Source of the DNA: Anaerolineae bacterium
Lineage (GTDB): Bacteria > Chloroflexota > Anaerolineae > SpSt-600
NCBI GenBank assembly: GCA_042408195.1
Contig: JBHOQL010000045.1
Span: 282-64,281, forward strand
Direction of reading: 5' to 3'
DNA: 64,000 nucleotides
In this document: one piece after another, positions 18,307-28,762 of the stretch
How positions within the stretch are numbered: the stretch's first letter is position 1
How the letters are laid out: each line of letters begins with the position of its first letter
Position numbers and translations under genes: made by a program
The notes under the pieces: generated by a model
What the model was told of the DNA's origin: nothing
Databases searched by the model: none
Seen by the model: the letters and a program-made list of their open reading frames with translations, nothing else

Positions 18307-19893
18307 GTGTTCTTCCATCGGGAAGAATGGTACAGAGGCTCCCATAAGGAAGCGATGCACAGGATTCCTGTCCTGGCGGTACTGTTTTTCTCCTCTACAG
18401 CTTTCTACCTCGGGGTGGCCTTTCTCCTGAGGGAACCAGGTTACATGGATGCCTGCTATTACTTTTCAGTGGCTGAGAGCATTGCCAGGGGCAAAGGCCT
18501 GATAGAACCTTTCCTTTGGAATTATCTGGATTCTCCGGGTTCCATCCCCCGTCCTGCTTTCACCTACTGGATGCCTCTCCCTTCGCTTCTGGCCTGGCCT
18601 TTCCTGATCTTTCCAGGGGCAAGTTACCTTACGGTTAGGTTGCCCTTCATCATCCTAGCCTCTTTTCTCCCGTTGCTCAGCTACAGGATAGCGGAAATCT
18701 TGCAAGAAAGGGCTTCAGAGAAGGTGGAAGCAATCCCCACCCTGGCTGCCATTCTCACCATTTTCTCTGGCTTTTACGTGGTTTACTGGCCCACCACTGA
18801 TAGCTTTGCCCCCTTCGCCCTGGCGGGAGGGCTCTGCCTTTTCCTCTGTGGGAACCTTATGAAAGACGGCTCCCATCTTCAAGCTTTCCTCACAGGGGTG
18901 ACGGCCGGCCTTGCCCACCTGGCCCGCGCCGACGGCTTCCTGCTGCTCTTACCTCTCGCCCTGCTCCTGCCCCGGCCAGAAAAGCGTAAGCTCGTTTTCC
19001 TCTCCGTTGCTGCTTATTCCTTTGTGATGGCTCCCTGGTTCATCCGTAATGCTTTTGTTCTCGGCTTTCCTCTGCCCGCCTGGGGCGCTAAAACCGCTTT
19101 CCTAACCAATTATGACGATCTCTTCTCTTATGATAAGGAAATTTCTCTGCGGAGCTACTTGGCCTGGGGGGCAAAGGCCATTATCGTTTCAAAGTTAAGG
19201 GCCGGATTGCTCAACTTTCAGACTGTACTGGCAGTCTTCCTCATGATCTTTCTGGCTGTTCCCTTTGCCTTCGGGCTCAAGAAGCTCTACCAACTTGCTT
19301 TCCTCAGACCCTTTCTCCTCTATGCCGTCATCCTTCTGCTGGTAATGACCCTTGTTTTCACTTATCCTGGCCCAAGAGGGAGCCTATTCCATTCCGGAGG
19401 CGCTCTTCTACCATTTACCATGGCGATATCAGCTGTCGGGATTAAAGCCATAAGTCGGACTTGGGCAGAGAAGCGGGGTCTTGATCCAGAAGTCCTCTGG
19501 CGGTTGAATTTTGCAGCAGCCCTTTTCCTTGCCTTCCTTGTCACCTCTTTCGCCCTTTTCCGAGCGGTGGAGCCTGGACGATGGAACCTGCGGGGAGAAG
19601 TCTACCGCAGCGCAGGAGCTTGGCTGGAGAAAAATGCACCTCCGGAAACCATTACGATGGTGGGCGATCCACCATGTTTCTACTACTATACCGCGCGCTC
19701 TTCCATCGTAATACCAAACGGAGATGAGGGGACAGTCCTTAAAGTAGCCAGGCGGTACGGTGCCTCTTTCCTCCTCCTGGAGCCCGATCATCCCCGCCCA
19801 CTGTCCACCCTCTACCTCAACCCCCATTCCCACCCGAGCTTCAGACCCGTGGCCACCTTCGAAAAGGCCATCCTGTTCCGGATTGAGCCATGA
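18307..19893 (+). CDS. Polytopic GT-C-type (ArnT/PMT-like) glycosyltransferase-like membrane protein
   Basis: It has about 10 or more hydrophobic helices, an early loop with YMDACYYFSVAES, and a soluble C-terminal domain. The start is uncertain (GTG 18307 or ATG 18355). Confidence 0.55.
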   Translation: MFFHREEWYRGSHKEAMHRIPVLAVLFFSSTAFYLGVAFLLREPGYMDACYYFSVAESIARGKGLIEPFLWNYLDSPGSIPRPAFTYWMPLPSLLAWPFLIFPGASYLTVRLPFIILASFLPLLSYRIAEILQERASEKVEAIPTLAAILTIFSGFYVVYWPTTDSFAPFALAGGLCLFLCGNLMKDGSHLQAFLTGVTAGLAHLARADGFLLLLPLALLLPRPEKRKLVFLSVAAYSFVMAPWFIRNAFVLGFPLPAWGAKTAFLTNYDDLFSYDKEISLRSYLAWGAKAIIVSKLRAGLLNFQTVLAVFLMIFLAVPFAFGLKKLYQLAFLRPFLLYAVILLLVMTLVFTYPGPRGSLFHSGGALLPFTMAISAVGIKAISRTWAEKRGLDPEVLWRLNFAAALFLAFLVTSFALFRAVEPGRWNLRGEVYRSAGAWLEKNAPPETITMVGDPPCFYYYTARSSIVIPNGDEGTVLKVARRYGASFLLLEPDHPRPLSTLYLNPHSHPSFRPVATFEKAILFRIEP

Positions 19894-21209
19894 GAGCCAA
19901 GCTTTTCCCCAGAATCCTGTTCGTTCTGCTCTTTTCCTTCCTGCTGGCCCTGGGCTATCGGGAGCAGGCCTTCGTTTCACTGGTCTCCTTCCAGGGAGAC
20001 ATAGCCCGTTCTCTGGAGGCTTTGGAGAGAGCGCGGGAACTCAACCCTTCAAACCCTTTTCCCCTTATACTGGAGGGGGAAAAGTACCTTCACTTGGGCC
20101 TCTACGATTACGCCTACAAGACCTTCTCCCTTGCTATAGAGATGGGCGGTGGGGTAAGGGCCATCGTTGGGCTCGGCGACGTTCTCTTCGCCCAAGGCAG
20201 GACAGAGGAAGCATTGGAACAGTGGCGCAAGGCCCTGCGGCTCAGCCCGCGCGATCCAACTTTGCACCGCAGGATAGGAAAAGCTCTCCTGAAATTGGGA
20301 GAGCTCAAAGAAGCCGCCTATCACTTGGAACGAGCCGACGACCCCTGTCTTCTGGCCCTGACCATCGCGCCCTTCGAGCCGCTTAGGGCTATTTCTCTCG
20401 CGCAGAACTGCCCTGAAATTCGGGGTTTAAGTACCGTTCTCTCTTACCCTGACAAGTTCCTCCTACTCAAAAAGCTGGGGGGATTTTATATCGCTCTGGG
20501 AGAATATGGAGCGGCGAAGGTCGTACTGGAAAAAGCCCTTGAGCTCTACCCGGAAACGGCGGAAGTTTGGGCCTTGCTGGGCCATGCCCTTTCTCGCCTT
20601 GGGCAGGATCCCACCCAAGCTTTTGCTAAGAGCCTGAAATTGGATTATGCTTTCCCAATGGGGCATTATCTCCTGGGATTGCACCTTCTATCTCAGGGTA
20701 AACTGGAAGAAGCCAAACGCAGGCTTCTTTACGCTCTATCCCTTGAACCTTCGAACCCCTACTTCCATACTGCGCTGGCCGAGATAGAAATCCGGAGAGG
20801 AAACTACAAGGAAGCGGAGAACAGGCTCAAACGAGCGGTTGAACTGGCTCCTGAGGAACTCAGTTTCCGCCTTTCCCTGGCTGAACTTCAAATTGCCACC
20901 CTAATGAGAGCTGACGATGAAGCTATGGAAAACGTCCGGAAAGTCCTGGAATTTTACCCCGATGAACCTATGGGATGGGAACTTGCGGGAATCGCCTACT
21001 ACTATGCTGGTCAGATAGCCCTGGCCGAATCTTGCCTCAAAAAGGTGCTGGAGCTTTCCCCGGATTCCCTTCGGGCCCTCTATTACCTTGGGCTTGTCTA
21101 CTCCTTAAAGGGGGAAAAGGAGAAAGCACGGCAAACCTTCAGGCAGATCCAGGAAATAGCACCTTCGAGCATTTGGGCCCAGAGGGCTTACTGGGCCGAA
21201 AGGAGGTAA
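19890..21209 (+). CDS. TPR-repeat protein with N-terminal membrane anchor
   Basis: Repeated A..Y/A...L..P 34-residue units (ALELYPETAEVWALLGHAL, ALSLEPSNPYFHTALAEI, etc.). ATGA overlap with the upstream gene. Confidence 0.8.
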   Translation: MRAKLFPRILFVLLFSFLLALGYREQAFVSLVSFQGDIARSLEALERARELNPSNPFPLILEGEKYLHLGLYDYAYKTFSLAIEMGGGVRAIVGLGDVLFAQGRTEEALEQWRKALRLSPRDPTLHRRIGKALLKLGELKEAAYHLERADDPCLLALTIAPFEPLRAISLAQNCPEIRGLSTVLSYPDKFLLLKKLGGFYIALGEYGAAKVVLEKALELYPETAEVWALLGHALSRLGQDPTQAFAKSLKLDYAFPMGHYLLGLHLLSQGKLEEAKRRLLYALSLEPSNPYFHTALAEIEIRRGNYKEAENRLKRAVELAPEELSFRLSLAELQIATLMRADDEAMENVRKVLEFYPDEPMGWELAGIAYYYAGQIALAESCLKKVLELSPDSLRALYYLGLVYSLKGEKEKARQTFRQIQEIAPSSIWAQRAYWAERR

Positions 21210-21304
21210 TACTGGCGTCTCCTCTTTTGTCTTCAGGGGCTTGATTTGCCTTACCATATTCTTTGTGGTAAAAAGCAAAAAATTTGAATTGACAGGAGAA
21301 GAAA

Positions 21305-22843
21305 ATGAAGAAAATTTGGATTTTATCCACCGTTTTAGTTACAATAGCTGCGGCCTGTGCTCTAGTAGCAACTCCCACCCCCTCGGCTTTAACCCCAGCA
21401 CCCATCAAAGTGCTCAGAGTAGCCATTTTGGATGACATTGTCAATCTGGAGCCAGGCTTCCTTGTTTCGCGCTGGGATGACATGGTGATGAAAGCTATTT
21501 ACAGTAACCTTTTCGTCTTCAAACCAGGAACTTTTGAAATCATCCCAGACGCAGTTGAATCCTACGAAGTCTCTGAGGAAGGTTTAGAGATTACGTTCAA
21601 ACTCAAAGAAGGAATTAGATGGCATCGCGGATACGGTGAGCTCACAACAGAGGATGTTAAGTATACCTACGAATTGATCGCAAATCCTGATAGTGGTTCG
21701 CCGTATCAAGGGGACTGGGCAGCTTTGGACCGCGTAGAGATCATAGACAAATACAGGGGGAAGATCATCCTTAAGGAGCCTTTTGCCCCTCTGTGGAACA
21801 CGACTTTACCTGCTACCAGCGGTATGATTATGTGCAAGAGGGCCCGAGAGGAGATGGGCGATAAGCATGTTACCAACCCAGTTGGTTCAGGGCCCTATGA
21901 ACTTGTCGAATGGATCCCCAAGCAACGAATTGTCCTTCGTCGTTTTAAGGAGTATTACGGTGAACCGCCTTACTATGACGAGATTCACCTCTTTCCCTTA
22001 GAAGATGAGACAGCAGCTGAAGTAGCCCTTGAGGCAGGAGAGATTGACTGGACTATTATCTCCATACCAGCGATGGAACGCTTTGAGAAGGACAAACGCT
22101 TTGAAGTAGGAAAGGCCACCAGTTTGGGATATACTTGGATCGGCATGAATGTAGAGAATCCTAAACTTAAGGATATACGTGTGCGAAAAGCCATCCGCTC
22201 AGCCATTGATGTGGATTCTATTATCAAAGCTGTGTACTTCGGCAGGGTGGAAAGAGCTAAGGGATTAATTGCCCCAACTCTTATTGGGCACTGGTCTGAG
22301 GCCCCTATGAGAACCAGAGATATAGAAGAGGCGAAGCGTTACCTTAAAGAAGCCGGAGTTGAGACCCTTAGCCTATCTTTGGCTATAGAGAGCACCACTG
22401 AGATGCGCGCCATTGCTGAAATTGTGCAAGCAAATTTGAAAGAGGTGGGCATTAAAGTAGAAATCAACGCCATGGATTCCGCCACTTTCTGGGAGATAGG
22501 GTTTGGTGAGAAGGGTAAAGAAGTAGAGCTCTTCATTAGCGCCTACTCTATGGAGCCAGACCCCAGCTGGGCTACCATGTGGTTCACCTGTGATCAGGTC
22601 GGCCAATGGAACTGGCACCGTTGGTGCAATCCCCGTTTTGATGAGCTCCACTTACAGGCGCTCCGCACTCTTAACCCGGAAGAGCGAGCTAAATTGTACA
22701 TTGAGATGCAAAGGTTAATGGATGAAGACGCTATAGCCGTTTGGATCACTCACGGCTTGGTGCCTTACGCTTATATCAAAGGACTTCATCCTGCCCTCAC
22801 ACCACACGGCTATGCCCTTTTTGCCAAATTCACTGGACCATAA
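21305..22843 (+). CDS. ABC transporter substrate-binding protein, family 5 (peptide/nickel, DppA/OppA-like), lipoprotein-like signal
   Basis: Signal MKKIWILSTVLVTIAAAC; family-5 motifs LFVFKPGTFEIIPDAVESYEVSEEGLEITFKLKEGIRWH and VTNPVGSGPYELVEW. Confidence 0.9.
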   Translation: MKKIWILSTVLVTIAAACALVATPTPSALTPAPIKVLRVAILDDIVNLEPGFLVSRWDDMVMKAIYSNLFVFKPGTFEIIPDAVESYEVSEEGLEITFKLKEGIRWHRGYGELTTEDVKYTYELIANPDSGSPYQGDWAALDRVEIIDKYRGKIILKEPFAPLWNTTLPATSGMIMCKRAREEMGDKHVTNPVGSGPYELVEWIPKQRIVLRRFKEYYGEPPYYDEIHLFPLEDETAAEVALEAGEIDWTIISIPAMERFEKDKRFEVGKATSLGYTWIGMNVENPKLKDIRVRKAIRSAIDVDSIIKAVYFGRVERAKGLIAPTLIGHWSEAPMRTRDIEEAKRYLKEAGVETLSLSLAIESTTEMRAIAEIVQANLKEVGIKVEINAMDSATFWEIGFGEKGKEVELFISAYSMEPDPSWATMWFTCDQVGQWNWHRWCNPRFDELHLQALRTLNPEERAKLYIEMQRLMDEDAIAVWITHGLVPYAYIKGLHPALTPHGYALFAKFTGP

Positions 22844-22852
22844 GCTCTTACC

Positions 22853-24874
22853 GTGACTCTTTCCCGGTCTTGGGCAGTAGAGGAGATAGTGCGTTTTCGT
22901 TGCCCTGCAGAAGTGAGATGGGCACCGAATGGTTCTTGTATTGCCTACGTTTTAAGAGGTCAAGGGAGAGAAGAACTGTGCTTAGTGAATCTTTCAGGTG
23001 AGAGGAAATGCTTGCCACCCCTCCCTTCTTCCCCGGCGGCTGTGATGTGGGGCGGTGTAGAACCTTCTTATGTTTGGCATCCAAAGGATAATGCTCTGCT
23101 CCGCGTCTCAGAAGGCTTTTGGATATACGATCTCCGAACTGGTCAACAGGAAAAACTGTTCTCTATTGAGGAACCAGTATCACACCCTTCATGGGCACCT
23201 GATGGCCAACGGTTTGCCTTTCGTCTGGGAGACCGGGTGGGTTTATATGATCTGAGGACTTCTTCAACTGTTTCCTTCCCGTTACCTGGTCTGGTTTATA
23301 AATTTGCACCCCATCTGAAATGGTCGCCTGACGGAAGTCTCATAGCCGTGGCTTTCCGGCGTCATAGTGCCGATGGTAAACCAGTCAAACGAGGGCTGGA
23401 TATAGCAGTAATTTCATTAGAAGGCAAGGTGGTCTGGGCTACGGATACTGCTGGTACAGTAGCCAACCCTCAGTGGGTAAATAGTGAGCAATTGCTTTTT
23501 ACACGCTACAATGACACCCGTACGGTAGCCGAATACGTGTTGGTCCACATACCCACAAAAGCTGAGAGGGTTTTGTTAGTCGAAGAGGAACCCAGAGGTT
23601 TGCTCCCAGATTTTGTGGAGGGGTTAGGTTCCCGGGGACCTTTTCTCTCTCCCAAACGGGATGAAGCTATACTTATCTGCTCCACAGGGGGATGGCCCCA
23701 CCTCCACTTACTTGATTTGGAAAAAGGCCTCCTTAGGCAAATTACCTATGGGGAAAACGAAGACTTTAATCCAACCTGGTCTCCCGACGGGAAATACATT
23801 GCCTATCTCTCCAATAGAGGCCCTTCCTTAGCCAGTCTTGGGGTGTGGGTGCTAAACAGAGAAAGCGGTGAATCGAGGCCGGTATTTTCCCTTCCCGGTG
23901 CTAAGGGTGAATTGAGCTGGTCACCTCAAAAGCCCAATAGGGGTAGAAACCTCCCCGCCCTCACCTTATTACACGCCGGGCCAGGCGAGCCGCCTGGCTT
24001 GTGGATAGTTGGGTTGGATGGCAAGAGTGCCACCCGGCTGGTCTCGAGTGAAGGGATGTGGGGTCATGATTTACCACCCAAGGAAGTGTGGATTGCGGCT
24101 ACTGATGGGTATCGGACGCCGGGGATTCTCTACACCCGGCCCGATTTAAAAAAGAGGCCTGGAATCATCTGGTTACACGGTGGACCATATATGCAATATT
24201 ACTTGGGTTGGCCCATTGATTATGGTTATTGCATGTACTACGCCTTTCATCAGTTCCTCGTCCAAAAGGGATATTCTGTCCTTTACTTAAATTACCGGGG
24301 CAGCACTGGCTATGGAGTCGAGCACGAACAGGGTAACTACCTCGGGATTGGTATGGCTGAACTCGCTGATATTGCTGGAGCTGCCCGTTTTCTTTCGTCT
24401 TTACCTCAGGTAGAAGGTCAACCCCTCTGTATCGCGGGAACTTCATACGGGGGATTTTTAGCTCTCAGCGCCTTGACCCGGCTTCGGGGTCTATTTCGTC
24501 TGGGGGTGGTTATAGCGGGGCTGGGAGATCTGGCAAGCTCTCTGGATACCTCCGGCCCTGATTTTTGGGATGACTCCACCTACTTCCGCTGGCGAATGGG
24601 CTGGTCTGCGGAGCAAAATCCTCAGGCATGGCGAGGGGCAAATGTCCTTGTAGATTTAGAAAGCTTAGAAGCACCAGTGGTGATCTTCCATGGCTTGGAA
24701 GATCAAGCCGTGCCAGTTGAAGAAGCTTATAAAGTGGAAAGGCTCTGTCGGGAGTTAGGTAAAAAATGTTTCACCCACTATTATCCCGGAGAAGACCATA
24801 TCTTTTCTTCGGAAAAGACGTGGCGCGATGTGTTCACACATATTCTTAAATATCTGGAAGAATTCGTAGGGTAG
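22853..24874 (+). CDS. S9-family serine peptidase (prolyl oligopeptidase / acylaminoacyl-peptidase type) with a TolB-like beta-propeller
   Basis: Repeated W(A/S)P(D/N)G blades. The C-terminal hydrolase domain has GTSYGGFLAL (GxSxGG), then FHGLEDQAVP and GEDHIF (Asp/His). Confidence 0.85.
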   Translation: MTLSRSWAVEEIVRFRCPAEVRWAPNGSCIAYVLRGQGREELCLVNLSGERKCLPPLPSSPAAVMWGGVEPSYVWHPKDNALLRVSEGFWIYDLRTGQQEKLFSIEEPVSHPSWAPDGQRFAFRLGDRVGLYDLRTSSTVSFPLPGLVYKFAPHLKWSPDGSLIAVAFRRHSADGKPVKRGLDIAVISLEGKVVWATDTAGTVANPQWVNSEQLLFTRYNDTRTVAEYVLVHIPTKAERVLLVEEEPRGLLPDFVEGLGSRGPFLSPKRDEAILICSTGGWPHLHLLDLEKGLLRQITYGENEDFNPTWSPDGKYIAYLSNRGPSLASLGVWVLNRESGESRPVFSLPGAKGELSWSPQKPNRGRNLPALTLLHAGPGEPPGLWIVGLDGKSATRLVSSEGMWGHDLPPKEVWIAATDGYRTPGILYTRPDLKKRPGIIWLHGGPYMQYYLGWPIDYGYCMYYAFHQFLVQKGYSVLYLNYRGSTGYGVEHEQGNYLGIGMAELADIAGAARFLSSLPQVEGQPLCIAGTSYGGFLALSALTRLRGLFRLGVVIAGLGDLASSLDTSGPDFWDDSTYFRWRMGWSAEQNPQAWRGANVLVDLESLEAPVVIFHGLEDQAVPVEEAYKVERLCRELGKKCFTHYYPGEDHIFSSEKTWRDVFTHILKYLEEFVG

Positions 24875-24877
24875 CCT

Positions 24878-25828
24878 ATGATTCGTTATTTGCTCAAACG
24901 GACGGCTATGACCGGGGGAGTGGTCCTTTTGGTAACCCTGCTGGTGGCCCTAATGCCTCACCTTGTGCCTGGTGATCCTGCAAGGGTAATACTGGGCCCA
25001 AAAGCCACAGAGAGACAAGTCGCCATGGTGCGCCGGGTTATGGGTCTGGATGATCCAGTACCAATAAGAGTGGGCAAGTTCATGTGGAACGCCTTGCGAG
25101 GAGATTTAGGGACTGATTTTTGGACCCAGCGCCCTGTAAGAGATATGATTGGCGATGCTTTGCCTCACACTGTTATTTTGGCCGTAGCTGCTTTAAGCTT
25201 CGCTGCCTTTCTGGGCATCCCTTTGGGGGTTTATTCAGCTACTCGCCCTAACACTTTGGTTGACCGGCTCATCAGTGTGGTTTCCATTTCTCTGGTTACC
25301 ATCCCTTCTTACGTGGCTGGTCTACTCCTTTTGTTGCTCTTTGGTGTTCAGCTCCGCCTGCTGCCAACGATGGGGGCTGGGGATTTGTCCAACCCATGGG
25401 ATTACTTAAAACACCTAATACTGCCGGCGACCGCTTTGGGTATCTCTTGGATCGGCTATCTGGCTCGCTTGGTGCGAACCAGTCTCCTGGAAGTCCTGAA
25501 CACTGATTATATACGCACTGCCCGAGCTTTTGGCCTGCCAGAGTGGCTGATAAGTTTTAAATACGCCCTAAAGAACGCTCTGATCCCGACCGTAGCCACC
25601 CTTGGGGTGAGCTTGGGAAGCCTTATGGGAGGGGCAGTATTTGAGGAGATCATCTTTTCTCGTCCCGGGATGGGCATGCTCATTTACACCGGGATTATGA
25701 CCCGAAATTATCCTGTGGTACAGGGGGGAGTACTTGTGGTAGCTCTCCTTTTCGTGGCTGTCAACCTTCTGGCAGATATATCGTATAATTATCTGGACCC
25801 ACGGATTCGCAAGGAGGGCCTTCAGTGA
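24878..25828 (+). CDS. ABC transporter permease (DppB/OppB-like)
   Basis: N-terminal MIRYLLKRT, and the EAA-type loop DYIRTARAFGLPEW. Confidence 0.9.
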   Translation: MIRYLLKRTAMTGGVVLLVTLLVALMPHLVPGDPARVILGPKATERQVAMVRRVMGLDDPVPIRVGKFMWNALRGDLGTDFWTQRPVRDMIGDALPHTVILAVAALSFAAFLGIPLGVYSATRPNTLVDRLISVVSISLVTIPSYVAGLLLLLLFGVQLRLLPTMGAGDLSNPWDYLKHLILPATALGISWIGYLARLVRTSLLEVLNTDYIRTARAFGLPEWLISFKYALKNALIPTVATLGVSLGSLMGGAVFEEIIFSRPGMGMLIYTGIMTRNYPVVQGGVLVVALLFVAVNLLADISYNYLDPRIRKEGLQ

Positions 25829-26688
25829 GGGCTTGGGAAGGCGTGGTAAGCCTGGTTTGGGAGATAGCCAAAAGGCCAGGAGGATCATTTGGTTTAGTTG
25901 TTATAACAACTATGGTGGTTGCTGCCATAGTTGCTCCACTTATTGCCCCCTTTAGCCCAGCCGATCAAGACATGGACAGCCTTTTACAACCCCCGTCTAG
26001 GGAACACCCCTTAGGGACAGATCACCTGGGTCGCGACCTCTTTTCTCGTCTGATTTTTGGTTCGCGCATTGCCTTAGCTACAGCGCTTCCTGCGGTCTTG
26101 CTTAGTGCTTTTATGGGCCTTGCTCTGGGGCTCATTGCGGGCTTCTTCGGCGGTGTGGTGGATGGGATAATTGTCACCTTCCTGGATGCAGTTATGTCCT
26201 TCCCTAGTGTTATCCTCGCCCTGGCGCTTATGGCTTTGCTTGGCCCCTCACTTCTGAACCTCGTATTGGTAATAGCTATTACCTGGATGCCTTTCTACGC
26301 TCGCTTAGCTAGAGCGGAAATTTTATCGGCCAAGCAGAATGAATATGTGGAAGCAGAAATTGCGATAGGAGCCAGCACTTTTCGGATTATCGTCAGGCAT
26401 ATTTTGCCCAATATCATTTCACCCATTGTGGTTGCTATGGCTATGGACCTGCCAGTAGTTATTACCACTGAAGCAGGCTTCTCCTTCCTCGGCCTTGGCG
26501 TTAGGCCTCCGCAGCCTTCTTGGGGGGTCATTTTAAGCGACGGATTTGATTATATCCGTTACAGTCCTTGGCCTATTCTGTTCGCATCCTTGACTCTAAT
26601 AGTGGTGACTCTGGGTTTCACTCGGTTTGGTGAGGCTCTCAGAGACGTGATGGACCCCCGTTTTCGAGGACTGGAGGCACCGCGATGA
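25825..26688 (+). CDS. ABC transporter permease (DppC/OppC-like)
   Basis: HPLGTDHLGRDLFSRLIFGSR, EYVEAEIAIGAS. GTGA overlap with the upstream permease. Confidence 0.9.
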   Translation: MRAWEGVVSLVWEIAKRPGGSFGLVVITTMVVAAIVAPLIAPFSPADQDMDSLLQPPSREHPLGTDHLGRDLFSRLIFGSRIALATALPAVLLSAFMGLALGLIAGFFGGVVDGIIVTFLDAVMSFPSVILALALMALLGPSLLNLVLVIAITWMPFYARLARAEILSAKQNEYVEAEIAIGASTFRIIVRHILPNIISPIVVAMAMDLPVVITTEAGFSFLGLGVRPPQPSWGVILSDGFDYIRYSPWPILFASLTLIVVTLGFTRFGEALRDVMDPRFRGLEAPR

Positions 26689-28724
26689 CTACTCTTTTAG
26701 AAGTTAAAGGATTAGAAGTGCATTATTTCACTCCCAAGGTGGTCCTCCCTGCCCTGCGGGATGTTTCCTTCCGATTGGGCGAAGGCGAAGTGCTGGGCAT
26801 TGTGGGGGAATCAGGATGCGGAAAATCCACCACTGCTTTAGCTATTATGGGCTTACTGCCACCAAATGGGCGGATCTTGGGAGGCCAAATTCGGTTCAAA
26901 GGGCAGGATTTGATCTGTATGGAACCAGATAAATTGCGCCGTTTGCGTGGTGCTGAGATAGCTATGATTTTTCAGGATCCGATGTCCAGCCTGAACCCGG
27001 TGCTAACTATAGAGACTCAAATGTTAGATATACTGAGAGCCCATCCGGAAAAATGGACTGGAGAGAATCCTCAGGAGATAGTGGTGAATATGCTGCGGAG
27101 AGTCGGTATCCCAGACCCGGAGGCGCGCCTTAAGCTCTATCCTTTCCAGTTCTCCGGAGGTATGCGCCAGCGGATTATGATCGCCATGGCGCTGATGCTT
27201 CGCCCAGCTTTGCTCATAGCCGATGAGCCCACTTCATCCTTGGATGTAACGTTAGAAGCCCAGATACTTGATCTGATCCAAGAACTTAGGCAGGAATTCC
27301 AAACCAGTATCCTGTTCATTTCCCACGACCTGGGGGTCATCGCACAAGTGTGCGACCGGGTAGCCGTCATGTATGCGGGGACTATAGTGGAGGAGGGGGA
27401 TGTATTCTCCATTTTTGATGCTCCGTTTCATCCTTACACGCAGGCTCTCCTTGCTTCTCATCCAGCGCGACATCGGCGGGGAGAAAGGCTTGCCACTATA
27501 CCCGGCAGAGTACCAAATCTCGCCGCCTTGCCTCCAGGCTGTAAATTTGCCGAACGTTGTTCGTATGTAAAGCCTATTTGCCAACAACAGGAGCCGCGAT
27601 GCATTGAGGTGGATGGAAGAGTTGTGCGTTGTCACCAGTTGGACTTCACGCGCAAAATCGGGACCTCAAAATCTTTTCTTGACTCCAAGCCTGAAAGTTT
27701 ATCAAAAGGGGAAAATCTTCGCCGAGCTAACATTCCCCAGAGCGCAGAATGGGTGCTGGAGATAAAGGATTTATGCACTTATTTTCGCGCATCGGGAGGA
27801 CTTCTCAGCCAATTCCTCCAGCGCAAGCCTAAAGAGGTCCGCGCTGTAGATGGGGTGTCGTTACGCATTGCCCGGGGCGAGATCTTCGGATTAGTTGGCG
27901 AATCCGGCTCTGGAAAAACCACCCTGGGAAAAACTATATTGCGATTGTTATCCCCAACTGCGGGTCAGGTGTGGTTTGAGCAGCGTGATATCACCCGATT
28001 AGGGGCAAAGGAACTACGCCCACTCCGGAGGCGCATGCAGATAATCTTCCAGGACCCTATCTCCAGCCTCAGTCCCCGGTTAAGGATTTCAGAGCTTTTG
28101 ATCGAGCCATTTATAGTTCATGGCTTGCCAGTAGATCCTGAAAGCACAATATCAAAATTGCTGGAAATGGTCGGGCTTACAAATGAGCTCGCGACAAAAT
28201 ACCCCTATCAGCTTTCCGGAGGACAGGCAAGGAGAGTGGGTATTGCCAGGGCGCTGGCCCTTGAGCCTGTTTTCCTGGTCGCTGATGAACCTACATCAGG
28301 ACTGGATGTCTCAGTAGCAGCCGGTATTCTTAACCTAATTAAAGACCTGCGTGATGAATTCGGGCTTACCTGCTTAATCATTACTCACAACCTCAACATA
28401 GTAGGCTTTCTATGCGACCGGGTAGGGGTGATGTATTTAGGAAAATTGGTGGAAATGGGGCCAACGGAGCGCATTCTTGAAGCACCACTCCACCCCTACA
28501 CTGTAGCTCTGCTTTCAGCAGTAGCAGAGCCCGATCCCAGGTGCAGAAAAAGAAGGGAAGAACGTTTTCATATAAGGGGCGAAATCCCCAGTCCGTTGAA
28601 CCCACCCTCAGGGTGCCGTTTTCACCCGCGGTGCCCATTAGCCATGAATATATGCTCAAACGAAGAACCTGCGTTCCGCGAAGTAGAGCCTGGTCACTGG
28701 GTAGCTTGTTCCCGCCTAAAGTGA
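26685..28724 (+). CDS. Fused tandem ABC ATPase (DppD-like plus DppF-like domains in one polypeptide)
   Basis: Two complete sets of motifs: GESGCGKST/FSGGMRQR/LLIADEPTSSLD, then GESGSGKTT/LSGGQARR/FLVADEPTSGLD. Each half is followed by the oligopeptide-type C-terminal Cys-containing extension. Confidence 0.9.
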   Translation: MTTLLEVKGLEVHYFTPKVVLPALRDVSFRLGEGEVLGIVGESGCGKSTTALAIMGLLPPNGRILGGQIRFKGQDLICMEPDKLRRLRGAEIAMIFQDPMSSLNPVLTIETQMLDILRAHPEKWTGENPQEIVVNMLRRVGIPDPEARLKLYPFQFSGGMRQRIMIAMALMLRPALLIADEPTSSLDVTLEAQILDLIQELRQEFQTSILFISHDLGVIAQVCDRVAVMYAGTIVEEGDVFSIFDAPFHPYTQALLASHPARHRRGERLATIPGRVPNLAALPPGCKFAERCSYVKPICQQQEPRCIEVDGRVVRCHQLDFTRKIGTSKSFLDSKPESLSKGENLRRANIPQSAEWVLEIKDLCTYFRASGGLLSQFLQRKPKEVRAVDGVSLRIARGEIFGLVGESGSGKTTLGKTILRLLSPTAGQVWFEQRDITRLGAKELRPLRRRMQIIFQDPISSLSPRLRISELLIEPFIVHGLPVDPESTISKLLEMVGLTNELATKYPYQLSGGQARRVGIARALALEPVFLVADEPTSGLDVSVAAGILNLIKDLRDEFGLTCLIITHNLNIVGFLCDRVGVMYLGKLVEMGPTERILEAPLHPYTVALLSAVAEPDPRCRKRREERFHIRGEIPSPLNPPSGCRFHPRCPLAMNICSNEEPAFREVEPGHWVACSRLK

Positions 28725-28762
28725 ACCCATAACATCGGGATTTTAAAGAGGAGGTTAAAATA

